From: Octopus sinensis
Lineage: Eukaryota
Reading direction: 5' to 3'
Length of the DNA: 64,000 bases
NCBI RefSeq assembly: GCF_006345805.1
Contig: NC_042997.1
Coordinates: 126,666,001-126,730,000 of the forward strand
Shown here: in pieces, positions 14,220 to 26,401 of the stretch
How positions within the stretch are numbered: the first letter of the stretch is position 1
How the letters are laid out: each line of letters opens with the position of its first letter
Program-made: the position numbers and the translations under genes
Notes under the pieces: model-generated
Told to the model about the DNA's origin: nothing
Seen by the model: the letters and a program-made list of their open reading frames with translations, nothing else
The model's database searches: none

Positions 14220-14252
14220 CAACTTCCTGATTATTACCAGATACTGTATCGG
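14220..14252 (+). CDS. BAIAP3: 33-nt exon of BAIAP3-like gene (QLPDYYQILYR)
   Basis: Pyrimidine tract tttctttttcccattttacacAG, then 11 open codons, then GTAAGT at 14253; phase 0-0; not in the ORF track. Fits between ...QMMVG and HLRTLRIFF..., resembling the FYxRL-type segment of the family. Confidence 0.7.
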
Positions 14253-14892
14253 GTAAGTAAAATTAATTCATCTTTTCTAATTCTTTAGTATTTTTATTCT
14301 TTGTAGCGAAGGCCAGTTGGTCCCTGCTACGTTCAAATGCATGTATATATGGAGTCTACGCTACACCAGTCATTTTGTCAGAGACAAAATAGATGATAAA
14401 AGAAAAATATATATGTAGTAAAGAGATGAAATTAGAAAGAACGGTTGGTCATTAAAGTAAAATGAAAGCTGGCACTGAACTATGGAATGGAATTTGTGTT
14501 CTAAGTCAGGGTTACCAATTTGTAGGGACTGTGCAATAGTAGTGTCTTTAGTAGTCAGAGTGCTGGAATCATGATTGTAAGATTGTGGTTTCAATTTCTT
14601 GACCGAGTAGTTTATTGTGTTTTTGAGCAAAGCATTTCGTTTTCTGCTGTTCTAGTCCTCTCAACTGACAAAAATGAGTAATCCTGCGACAGACTGGTAT
14701 CCATCCTGGCAGGGAGTATATACATCAGAGAGTCCAAGAAACTGGCCCTACGAGTCTATATGATTTGGGAAGGACCTTTATTTTTGGTATTCATTTATTG
14801 ATTTCAGTCATCAGATTGCAATCGTGATAGAGCTCCACTTTCAAGGATATAGATGATTATATCTGCCCCAGCACATGACTAGTAACTAACGG

Positions 14893-15117
14893 TTAACCCT
14901 TTCATTACTGTATTTATTTTGAGATGCTCTGTGTTTCTGCCAATTACTTAAAATAAAACAAAGAATTTAGTAAAATAACTTAGTTGTCATTCAGCTAGTG
15001 TTAGAAACATAAATTGTGACTGTTTGGTGGAAGATTTTAATTAAAAACTTATGAAAACAAGACATTTGTATTTAGAGCCAGAGCTGGTTTCAGCCAGGTT
15101 GGTTATGAAAGGAATAA
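14893..15117. mobile_element. Possible piggyBac-like MITE
   Basis: Starts TTAA-ccctttcattac; ends gttatgaaagga-ataa (10/12 inverted match; TSD imperfect). Confidence 0.4.
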
Positions 15118-18100
15118 GTTAGCTTCATTTGAACTCAGAATATAAAGAGCTGTAATCAAATACGACTAGGTATTTTGTTTGACGATCTACTGATTCTTCC
15201 ACCAACCACCATATACATCTTCCTAAAGTTTTTTTAGGTTTGCTACAAGACTTCTGAATCATTAATCTGGATATTATTCTGGTTTCCATGCTGTATAAAT
15301 AGCCTAAAGTGAAATATTTCCCACTGAATAGGGCACCACCCTATTCCAGGGTTAATTCTCAATTGTTGCTGGTACTACCTCTTAAACAGTAACCACAGCC
15401 CATTGCAGGGTTAACCATCAGTTGTTGCTGGTATTACTCATGGATGGTTCTCTGGCACATCACAGAGTTAACCCTTTTTCATACTCATTTTCAGTAGAAT
15501 AGAATGAAGCTCAGGAGGTGAGCTGGCAGAAACGTTAGCATGCTGGGCGAAATGCTTAGCGGTATTTCATCTGCTGCTACATTCTGAGTTCAAATTCCGC
15601 TGAGGTCGACTTTGCCTTTTATCCTTTCGGGGTCGATTAAATAAGTACCAGTTATGCACTGGGGTCAATATAATCGGCTTAATCCCTTTGTCTGTCCTTG
15701 TTTGTCCTCTCTGTGTTTAACCCCTTGTGGGTAGTAAAGAAATAGGTATTTCGTCTGGCGCTACGTTTTGAGTTCAAATTCCGAGGTCAACTTTGCCTTT
15801 CATCCTTTCAGGGTCGATAAATTAAGTACCAGTTACGCACTGGAATCAATGTAATCGACTCAATCCCTTTATCTGTCCTTGTTTGTCCCCTCTATGTTTA
15901 GCCCCTTGTGGGCAATAAAGAAATAAGAATAGACTGAAGTAACATTGAATACATCTGGGGATTGAAACCATGTCCTTATGACTGTCAGTTCCATACTCTA
16001 GCCACTGGGCCATACACCTCTATATTTCTAAAGTATAATTGTGGATATAATGTAGTTGATTCCATTTTGTCTTTACATTAACTTCATTTGTCAACAAATT
16101 TACCATTTGTTTACTATTTTAGTGGCGCCTCTCCCAAAGCCATTTCCTTAGTGATGGGCTTTCCATGTACAAATGTATGTGAACGTGTTATATACAAATG
16201 TAGAAACTTATATTTCAATCAATGGTTCTTTGTGCACTTTTATCTAACACATCCACTCCCACACATATATATGCAAACCAACCCATGCCAGCATGGGAAA
16301 TGGATATTAAATGATAATAACAATGATAATATATAGGAAAGCATAAGAAGAAGCTTTATACTTGAATACTGGTACAAATTATTGATATTTACAGAAAATC
16401 ACTTACATGTTTGTTTAAAAGAACTATGGAATGCCAAACTGACGTAAGAAATTGGCTTTCTTGGCTTTCTCTAATACTAACAAATCTTGTAGCCAAGTTT
16501 GGAAACACCCACTTGGCACAAAACTGTAGACCTATTACTTGTCTAAACATTATGTAATATGTTGTAGATAAGTTGTTCAAATCAATTCCTTCTAAGACAT
16601 TGCCAGAGCAACAAAATGAAAAGACGGGTGGGAAGAAGAAGATGTGGGTGTATGTGATGAAGAATATCTAGTCAAAGCCATGCTGATTATGGCTTCATTA
16701 GAGGAAGATTTTTGCTATTATTCTCTGCTACTGGTTGTTGGAATCATTACATTTGGTAAAAGTACCTGCTACCACTGATAGGCTTACACAGGACCTGGTC
16801 AACAATCTTCAGACTTTTAACTAAAAAGTGGGGGCAATTGTTTCTGATGTTGCAAATCTTTCTTTGGAATATTCCAAGTTGACATTTTCCCTGTGCCACT
16901 GCTTATTTTGGTAATAAATTCATGATCATTTCTTTTTTTTTTGGGGATAATATTCTAAGCTTTACAACAGCAAGAAGCACAATGCATCCAAGATTTCTTT
17001 GTTGACAATCTTAAGATCTTTTCTGGAAATATTTACAATGAACAGAAACACTGAACTCTATAACAATGAATTCAGTTGATATGGGGATGGGATTTAGCCA
17101 ACAGAAATGTTTATACTGAATGGTTGAATGTGGGAAAATTACTTCTAAAATCAATAACCTTTCTAGCAATTGTCTTTCTGTTGCTCATGTTCCATACGAC
17201 ACGAGTTGCAAATACCAAGATATTGACAAAGAGGTATCATATAAAGCACAGAACCAAGTTAGAATTGCAAAAGGATATTTTACACCAGACCTAAGAAATA
17301 TGGGTGTCAGGGTTTTATTCTCACAACAAAATAATATTTCTCAATGAATTTGTAGTATTAGCATTGGGATATATAGCTTGTCTATCTCAGAGATCCACTC
17401 TATGGATATTAAAACCTGGAAGAACCTGATACCTATTGGAAGTCTTGATGGAAATATATTGACAGGTTCTGCCTCAGAAGAAAAGAAATGGCAAAAGGTT
17501 TAAGATCATTTCAAACAGCCTTTGAATTCTGTATGGTATCACTTGGACAGCATCTGCTTAACAACAACAGCAAAACCATATATCTTAATTATGTGTTCAA
17601 AAGTGAAGAGAATAACATTTCATCGACTGAAATTGAATTTTTAATAAGTGTTCAGTGACCCAGAACTACTGGACTAGCATACCCATACCCCATCAAAACA
17701 TGGGGGAGAAGCACCCTGCATATGCTACCAACAAAAGATTATGCATGGGTATGCATGCCATACACTGAAAGATAATGCTAATATTGGTTTCAAATTTTGG
17801 CACAAGGCCGGCAATTTGAGGGGAGGATGTAAGTCAATAACATTGAGCCCAGTGTTTAACTGGTATTTGTTTTATCGACCCTGGAAAGGTGAAAAATAAA
17901 GTTGACCTCAGTGGAATTTAAACTGAGAACATGGACACAGAAGAAATACTGTTAAACCTGTAGAATAGACTCTATAAATACATGCATTCGAATGTAGCAG
18001 AGACCAACTGGCCTCACATCATCATCTCCCTATTTCTTATCTTTATAGTTTTCTTGCAATGCTGGTACCACATAAAAAGCACCCATGCCAGTTCTGTGTA

Positions 18101-18305
18101 TAATCTACATGTGCTAGTACCACATATAAAGCATCCATGCCAATTCTGTGTATAATGTACCAGTGCTGGTACCACATAAAACGCACCCATGTTGGTGCCA
18201 TGTAGAAAGCATCTGTGCCAGTGTTGCTTAAAAGTATCTGTGCTGGTGCAAATGTAAAAAGCACTGATGCTGATGTTATGTAAAAAGCATCCAGAAAATA
18301 TAAGA

Positions 18306-18700
18306 CAGGCGTGGCTGTGTAGTAAGTAGCTTGCTTACCGGCCACATGGTTCCATGTTCAGTCCAACTGCGTGGTATCTTGGGAAAGTGTCTTCTACTAT
18401 AGCCTCTGGCCGACCAAAGCCTTGTGAGTGGATTTGGTAGATGGAAGCTGAAAGAAGCCCATCGTATATATGTATATGTATATATATGTGTGTGTGTGTG
18501 TGCGCGTTTGTGTGTCTCCCCCCAACATCCCTTGACGACCAATGCTGGGTGTGTTTACACCCCTGTAACTTAGCAGTTTGGCAAAAGAGACCGATAGAAT
18601 AAGTACTAGGCTTACAAAGAATAAGTTCTGGGGTTGATTTGCTTGACTAAAGGCAGTGCCCCAGCATGGCCACAGTCAAGCGACTGAAACAAGTAAAAGA
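18306..18700 (+). mobile_element. SINE family A (tRNA-like head, central TA/TG microsatellite, about 400 bp); other copies at 4997-5385(-), 6478-6830(+), 11566-12205(+), 13198-13480(+), 13780-14098(-), 61869-62266(-), plus partial copies
   Basis: Shared A-box-like tggctgtgtagtaag, B-box-like gttcagtcc, body ccttgggcaagtgtcttctactatagcctc..ggatttggtagacggaaactg, tail gactgaaacaagtaaaagag. Confidence 0.85.
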
Positions 18701-19790
18701 GTATAGAGTAAAGAGAGTACACTCTGCAAAGTGGTTGACATTAGGAAGGGCATCCAGTCATAGAAGCCATACCTAAGCAGACAATTGGAGCCTGGACAGG
18801 TCTTTGGCTGGCCAACTCCTGTCAAACTGTCCAACCACTTGTCAGCATGGAAAACAGATGTTAAATGATGATAATGATGATAATGATGATGATGATGATC
18901 TGCCCCAACCGTTTTGTTCTGCTATTTATCACCTCCTCTTCCCCAACTCACTCCTATTTCCTTCACCTCCCCACCAAACTGATATTTACCATTGGCCATA
19001 CCCTGCCCCCACCTGGTTGCAATCTTTACTGTATCACCTATATCCCCATCACTAACCACCTGTTGCCCATCTCACACTTTCACAAACCTACCCGCTCCTC
19101 TCTTTCTATCTACCCCACTCATCTGTTCTTTCAGTTTCTTTTTTTCAAATCCACTCACAGGGTCAACCTAGGTCTATAGTAGAAGACAATTGTCCAGGGT
19201 GCTGTGCAGTGGGACTGAACCTGAAGCCATATCGTTAGAAAACAAACTTCTTACTTATGCTGCAGCCATGCTTGTGTACACTCACTCACACTCACATACA
19301 CACACACATGCGCGTGCGCGCTTGCACATATATATTCATATATTCTCATATAAAACTAATTAATTTATATGTTGTGCGGTGTGTTTTATATAAAGGAAAA
19401 TCTGTTCTTTAAGATACATTGTCTTTCAAACCATCCTCTTAATATATTTAAAAAAATATACTTTAATACTTTCTGTGTTTATGTCTTATATTTTCTTCTA
19501 CTTTATTAACAAAATGTATAAACATTGTCCATTGTGTTCACATTTAAAGAGATCATTATTCATTATTAAGACTTGGTGTTAAAATTTATGTCTATATCCT
19601 TCTGTCTTTTCTTGTTTTAAATATACATATATATTGATTGTTAGTCTTGTCTGGAGATTTTTAAATTTCACTTCAAAATTTGCATACATTTCACTTCAAA
19701 AACATTTGACATATATGTTTCTGACATTATTGTTTGTTTGTTTCTTGTTATTTTTTTCTTGATACACATTCCCCCTTTGTGATTCTGAAG

Positions 19791-19946
19791 CATCTCCGCA
19801 CACTTCGCATCTTCTTCCTGAGTCACAGAGAACAATTAAATGTGCATTGTGATGTTAGCCGACACATTGAGGAGCGCTTAACTCTTAACAGTGAGACCAC
19901 ACAAGAACTGATGCTACAGTATTTATCCAAACTCTGCCAAGATCTG
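19791..19946 (+). CDS. BAIAP3: Exon of BAIAP3-like gene (end of MUN/MHD2)
   Basis: ctgaAG acceptor, GTATGT donor at 19947; 156 nt, phase 0-0, HLRTLRIFFLSHREQLNVHCDVSRHIEERLTLNSETTQELMLQYLSKLCQDL; inside track ORF 19734-19985. Confidence 0.75.
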
Positions 19947-20394
19947 GTATGTATTTCTTCATACATCTTTTATCTTTTACTTTAACCATTGGACTGCAGC
20001 CATACTGGAGAACTACCTTAAAAAATAAACCTTACTGTGGTACATGCCATGAGAGAAACTCTCATATTTTAAGGCAGCAAGCTGGCAGAATCATTAGCAT
20101 GCTGGGCAAAATACTTAGCGGTATTTCGTCTGCCATTACGTTCTGAGTTCAAATTCTGCCTAGGTCAACTTTGCCTTTCAACCTTTTGGGGTTCAATAAA
20201 TTAAGTACCAGTTACGCACTGAGGTCGATGTAATCAACTTAATCCCTTTGTCTGTCCTTGTTTGTCCCCTCTATGTTTAGCCCCTTGTGGCCAGTAAAGA
20301 AATAAGAAACTCTCATATTGGTTTTTGGTACAAAATGCGCTCTTGTTTATATCACTAGCAGGAAGATAAATCCCCATCCCCTCCAACGTCAAGA

Positions 20395-20441
20395 CCACCA
20401 GATCATGTGATTTCGACCTTGTTTGGTCTTGTCAATGGTGG
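20395..20441 (-). ncRNA. Minimal type I hammerhead ribozyme (U3-A8 core variant)
   Basis: Minus strand reads ccacca-UUGACAA-gacc(aaacaa)gguc-GAAA-uca(ca)uga-UC-uggugg: stem I 6 bp, stem II 4 bp, stem III 3 bp plus A-U. Confidence 0.72.
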
Positions 20442-21145
20442 ACACTTGACTGCTAGAGATAGCTGCGACTCATCTCCCCACCAGCAATATGTAGAAAATC
20501 AGTGCCAGAACTGGCACTGGTGTTGTGATTAGCTTGTTAAAAAATATATATTAGTGACATAGGCAGTATTAACACTGAGAGGTAGTATTTATCTCCTCTT
20601 AAATGTAGATGTTTTTTTTTAGAACAAACTTTAATGTTTTCCTAAGGCAACTACTGCTGTAAGGGTTGTTCTAATAGAATGTTCATGTTTAAGTGGGAAT
20701 AAATATTACCTCTTGGTACTAAAGTTTGTTTCCCTGTGTCTTTGTTCAAATCAAGTACTCATTCTATTAGTCTGTTTTTGCTGAACTGCTAAATTACAGG
20801 GACATAAACAAGCCAACACCGGTTGTTAAGTGGTTGGAGAGGGGCGACAAATACAGACACAAAGACACTCGCATAGGCATATATATATTCCATCTGCTTC
20901 TATAACTCTCTCTCTCTCTTCTCTACTCTTTCCTTAATTCTTTTGTTCCTCTTTTTCTCTCTCTTCTCTTTCCACATGACCAAGAGGCCAGACTGCTAGT
21001 CCTCTTTTTGCATCTGACCATGGTCACTGCTACATCAATATTCTTCCCTGTGTTTGTGCAAGTATCTCTGCCATAAGGCTTCATTTCCACACATGCCAGC
21101 TGAATTCAGTTCATCCCCAATCGAAAGACACCTGTTGTCATGTCC

Positions 21146-21185
<40 letters not shown>

Positions 21186-21499
21186 TTTATTGTATTTTTG
21201 TATTTATATTCGTGTAACATCGTCTGTTTTTCCATCCTTGTTTTCATATACATTTATATGCTTTTTTCCAAGGAATCTAATGCTCTTAGCTTAGTCTTTC
21301 CTTGGGGCTGGCCAAATTGGAGCAATCTCAAGATTAATCAGCCGAAATTACGAGGATGATCCGGTTCTTGACTAAAGATAAAAAGCTTTGAATATCATCT
21401 ATCTGGATATTTTTTTGTCCCTTTTTTTATCACCTAGTTGTCTGATGTTTTGCGTTCTTGTCCCATTTTGTATTTTATATATATGTGTGTGTGTGTGTG

Positions 21500-21748
21500 T
21501 GGAGGTGCATGGCTTAGTGGTTAGGGTGTCAGCATCATGATCGTAAGATTGTGGTTTCAATTCCTGGACTGGGCGACGTGTTGTGTTCTTGAGCAAAGCA
21601 CTTCATTTCACATTGCTCCAGTCCACTCAGCTGGCAAAAATGAGTAACGCTGCGATGGACTGACATCCCATCCAGCTGGGGAACACATGCACCATAGAAA
21701 CCGGGAAACTGGACCCATGAGCCTGGCTAGGCTTTAAAAGGGCGCATT

Positions 21749-21750
<2 letters not shown>
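21500..21750 (+). mobile_element. SINE family C (tRNA-like head, V-SINE-like body); other copies at about 12530-12740, 14535-14780, 42005-42150, 56120-56450, 59065-59640
   Basis: tggcttagtggttagg (A box), gtttcaattcc (B box), ttgtgttcttgagcaaagcacttcatttcacattgctccagtccactcagctg. Confidence 0.75.
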
Positions 21751-21804
<54 letters not shown>

Positions 21805-21942
21805 CATCATCATCATCATTCAGCGTCCGCTTTCCATGCTAGCATGGGTTGGACGGTCCAACTGGGGTCTGGGAAGCCAGAAGGCTGCACCAGGCCCAGT
21901 CCGATCTGGCAATGCTTCTATGGCTGGATATATATATAATAT

Positions 21943-21993
<51 letters not shown>

Positions 21994-22430
21994 TCATCAT
22001 CATCATCATCGCTTAACGTCCGCTTTCCATGCTAGCATGGGTTGGACGGTTCAACTGGGGTCTGGGAAGCCCGAAGGCTGCACCAGGCCAGTCAGATCTG
22101 GCAGTGTTTCTACAGCTGGATGCCCTTCCTAACGCCAACCACTCCGAGAGTGTATATATATATATATATATATATATAAAGTGATGAATAAAAGTCAATG
22201 GATTGATTGACAGATGTTCAATCCATTCTTCTGTTATTCATCTCTTTGTATAAAGTCTACAGATACAATGGAATTCCAGATATATATCCAGTGATTGGAG
22301 TATTCCCACAGTTTGATAACATCCAGTAGCCAATACATGTGGACAAGCTTTGTATTGCATACTATAAAGTTTTTACCTGAATTTTATTCAGGTATATGTG
22401 TGCATGTATGTGTGCAGAAGTGCGTATGTG

Positions 22431-22461
<31 letters not shown>

Positions 22462-23856
22462 ATCTATGTGTGGCTTTTGGAGTTTCCATCAACCAGATTC
22501 ACTCACAAGGAACTGGTTGGTCTGGGGTCATAGAAGAAGACTCTTGCCTAATGTGCTATGCAGTAGAACTGAACCCAGAACTACATGGTTAAAAAGCAAG
22601 CTTTGTGACCACTCAGCCATCCCTGCCATCATCATACATCTTTTTCCAAGTATCATTTTGAAGATATTTTTTCAGGTAGGTAGATGTCCATTATCACACC
22701 AGGCCTCCAACTCTGGTGAGATCGATATGAGTGAGCTGGCAGAAACGTTAGCACGCTGGGTGAAATATTAGTGGTATTTCATCTGTCTTTAAGTTCTGAG
22801 TTCAAATTCTGCCAAGGTTGACTTTGCCTTTCATCCTTTTGGGGTTGATAAATCAAGTACCAGTTATGCATTGGGGTCGATTGAATTGACTGGCTCTCCC
22901 CTCCCCCAAAATTTCGGGCCATGTACCTAGAGTAGAAAAGGATATGGGTGATGTTCACTGCAAACATCAATGCGGAAAACCTTGACTTGGGAGAGAAGAA
23001 AGGGTGAATCTTTTCTAAATGCTTGCAAAAGAATAAACTGCACCAAAAGTATCACCAGACCTTGATGGGTAGATGGTGGTTTATTAAACTAGGTAAAGTG
23101 TTAGGCCTACCATCCAAAGGCATTCTTTATATATGTTGCTCAGATCTTTATTCAATCAAAACAAAACCATTGTAGTTCTGGCCATGCTGTAGCACCATCA
23201 CTTATAATTCATATGTGATATAACAGCATGTTTGGGAAGTGATTTACAAGTGAATTACTCAAGACTTTTATTCTGAAAATAAAGACTATAGAAAGATTGA
23301 TGGCCTTCGATATACGAGGGAAATATTTTCAGGTGTTGTTTAAATACTTCAAAAAGAAACATTTATTAAGCAGTTAAGTATTCTAGGTAAACAAGTCCAT
23401 GTTTGTGCAGCTAATTAAAAGGAAACATTTTTGTAATGCAATGTCTTTTAGGAAGACAATTTTAGGTAGACATTTAAGAGTCTACTAAGGAGTTGACATT
23501 CAAATTTTGAAGTTATTTCTGTCCATTTAGATATCTTTTTAATCTCTCTTGTATTCTTGAGTAGAAATTTCTGCAATTTTTGTAGCATATATGTTTTTTA
23601 TGCAGTTAGTATTCTAGAATTGATAGCAATAATGTGTGTATATGAGTATAGAGGCATGTGTGTGTGTGTGTATGTGTGTGTGTGTGTATGCGCGCGCGTG
23701 TGTGTGTGTGTGTGTGTTTTGGTCTTACCTTTACAAAACAGTAGACTGTATGTATGTATGTACCCATCCGTCCATCCGTCCGTCCGTCCATCCGTCCATC
23801 CGTCCATCTGTCCATCCATCCATCCATCCATCTATCAATCTATCTATCTATCTATA

Positions 23857-23899
<43 letters not shown>

Positions 23900-25373
23900 G
23901 GAACTTCATGCTGTGCTTGAGAAGACCCAGCAAGCCATGGCCTATGCCAGTGGAACGTTAAAGCACCATCTGAGTGTGACCGTTGCAGGGCCACTGACTG
24001 GCTCCCATGCTGGTGACACATAAAAAGCACTATTTGAGCGTGATCATTACCAGAATCGCCTTACTGGCACTTGTGCCGCTGGCACATGGAAAACATCATT
24101 CAAGTGAGGTCATTTCCAGTGCCACTGGACTGGCTCCTGTGCAGGTGGCACATAAAAAACACCATTTGAGCATGGCTGCCCTACCTGAGTGAAGTGCAGG
24201 AGAAGGAGAGAGTGTGGGAGACAACAGGATAGAGATAGTGGCAAAATGCCAGACATACTCACAAGGGACAGGGATCAGAATATAAATGAGATGGTTGAGT
24301 AAAGGAAGAGAGAGATATAGGTAGTGGCAAGTGCCAGGGCATACTCTTGAGGTTCAAACGTGATAATATAAGTGGCAGGATTTTGTGAAGGGAGTGTGAT
24401 TAAAGAGTGTAATAAGTTGCGAAAGACCTGGGTATATAAAGAGTTGGAGGGGCTACTGGATAGCAATGATACAGAGGAACAGGGGTGTGAGGACAGGATT
24501 GGGGAGTGAGAGCTAGGCATAGTGTATGAAGGAGTTACGTGTGGGTGGAACACACAGATCAGGGGCTAGCTGATAGATGATAGAGTGAGGCAGGGCATGT
24601 GGGTAGAATACACAACTTGGGGGCAAGCGGAGAGAAATTAATGATATAGTGGTACTGGGCGAAGAGGATAGGATTGGGGAGTGGGAGTTAATCAAAGTAC
24701 ATGAAGCAGAAGTGTGAGGAAGAGAAGAGATGTAAAGATGTAGTTTGGTGTGCTGTGGTAGAGTGTGTGAAAAGTTTTGTTGTTAAGTGTGGGTGGGACA
24801 CACAACACTTCTAGAACACAGTTTCACTGATGCGGGCAGGTCTTCTCAAGAACTTCATATCACCAGACATCTTGGTCCATTGTCATTTCTTCTGAGAGGC
24901 CCAACTTACTGAGATTAGTCCTAACCATATGTATATATATATATTTATGAGTTTAGAGGAATATATTATCCAGGCAGATACTGTGGTGGCTCTGAGTTAT
25001 GTTCCAGGTTACAGTTAACTACATTGATCAGTATTTAAAGTCTGTGACTTCTATAAGTTGTCATTCATGCTGTAAATTCCTCCAAAGGGTAATTCTATGC
25101 TTGCTTCTCTGGATGGTAATACAATCTGGAGTGTATATTAGTAATAATAGAAATATTAATATTTCTAAGACTCTCTAAAGGAAACTACGGCAGCGGTACT
25201 GGATATTAATAGTTATTGTCAAGCTAACATGGCAGTTCAGAAAAATAGGACGAATGCTGCCATTGATTAGCTCCAAGAGGCCATGGCCTTTAGCTAGCTA
25301 TGTGACACACGAACTGTGTCCATTATAATATTCGAACAGAGGAGGTCAGCTGCTTCCTCTTGCTGGTCTGGCA

Positions 25374-25416
25374 TCTACAGACTAGTTTGGGGGTATTTAC
25401 CCCTTATCAATGTAGA
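25374..25416 (-). ncRNA. Mirror-copy hammerhead (U3-A8) with G12C substitution, left arm of palindrome
   Basis: Minus strand reads ucuaca-UUGAUAA-gggg(uaaaua)cccc-CAAA-cuag-UC-uguaga; GAAA is changed to CAAA, so predicted inactive. Confidence 0.6.
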
Positions 25417-25604
25417 ACAACTGAACCCAGCAGGCATCGCTACTGACCATCTGTTTGAAGGATCATTTACTTAAAATTCAGTGAGAGACACTTAGAAATA
25501 TTAGTATTTCTATTTTTGAAAACCATTGGATGTATTCCACTGAATTTTAGGTAAATAATCGTTTGAGCAGATGGTCAGTAGTGATGCCAGCTGGGTTCGG
25601 CTAC

Positions 25605-25647
25605 TCTACATTGATAAGGGGCAAATACCCTGAAACTAGTCTGTAGA
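25605..25647 (+). ncRNA. Minimal type I hammerhead ribozyme (U3-A8 variant), right arm of palindrome
   Basis: ucuaca-UUGAUAA-gggg(caaaua)cccu-GAAA-cuag-UC-uguaga: stem I 6 bp, stem II 4 bp (one G-U), palindromic CUAG stem III. Confidence 0.75.
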
Positions 25648-26359
25648 TGCCAGACCAGCAAAGGGAAGCAGCTGACCTCCCCTGTTCGAAGGTTATACTG
25701 GACACAGGTCTGTGTGTCACATAGCTAGCTAGAGGTGATGGCCTCTTGGAGCTAATTAACAGCAGCATTCATCCTATTTTTCTGGACTGTCATGTTAGCT
25801 TGGCAATAACTATTAATAATAGTAATAATTATACTGATATAGCATATGGTGACTGGTTCATCCTCAAGTGTTATTTCCTCTTAATTTACAATTTCATACA
25901 ACATATTTTTATGCTTACACTTATTTCTATTGCTCAAAGTACGGGCAGTTGGTCGTGCAACTGGGCACGAATTCCTGTGCACCTTCTTCAGGGTCTGTCT
26001 GTTTGGCCAGTTTTGAAGAGAATTGAATACAGTTAGATGTTTCTTAGTTAGGATTCAGAGAGAGGTTGTTTTGAAACTGAAACCTGATCTGCTTGTTTTC
26101 TTATGTGGTTGAGCAGTTGACCTGTATTTAGTTTGCTCTGAAACTAGCCAAATGGACATACCCTGAAGAAGCTGCACAGGAAATCATGCCTGGTTGTATG
26201 TACAACTGTCTATACTTTGTACAGAGGAAATACGTGTGGGTCATAACAACCATAAAAATATGGTGTAAGAAATTATAAATGAAGTGGAAATAAATCTTGA
26301 GGAGAAACAAGTCTCCATATTCTATATTGTTATAATTATCCACACACACACATACATGC

Positions 26360-26401
<42 letters not shown>

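Larger units (their letters stand above)
25205..25817. repeat. Long imperfect palindrome (about 280-bp arms, 54-bp spacer), PLE pseudo-LTR-like inverted pair
   Basis: 25205-25483 is the reverse complement of 25538-25817 with scattered substitutions (e.g. attaatagttattgtcaagctaacatggcag vs ctgtcatgttagcttggcaataactattaat); each arm carries a hammerhead. Confidence 0.9.

Noticed and set aside
24190-24800. Purine-rich tract suggesting a G-quadruplex or triplex element (similar at 58560-58870, mirrored at 18900-19130)
   Set aside because: No regular G-run pattern; appears to be a degenerate repeat remnant I cannot classify.
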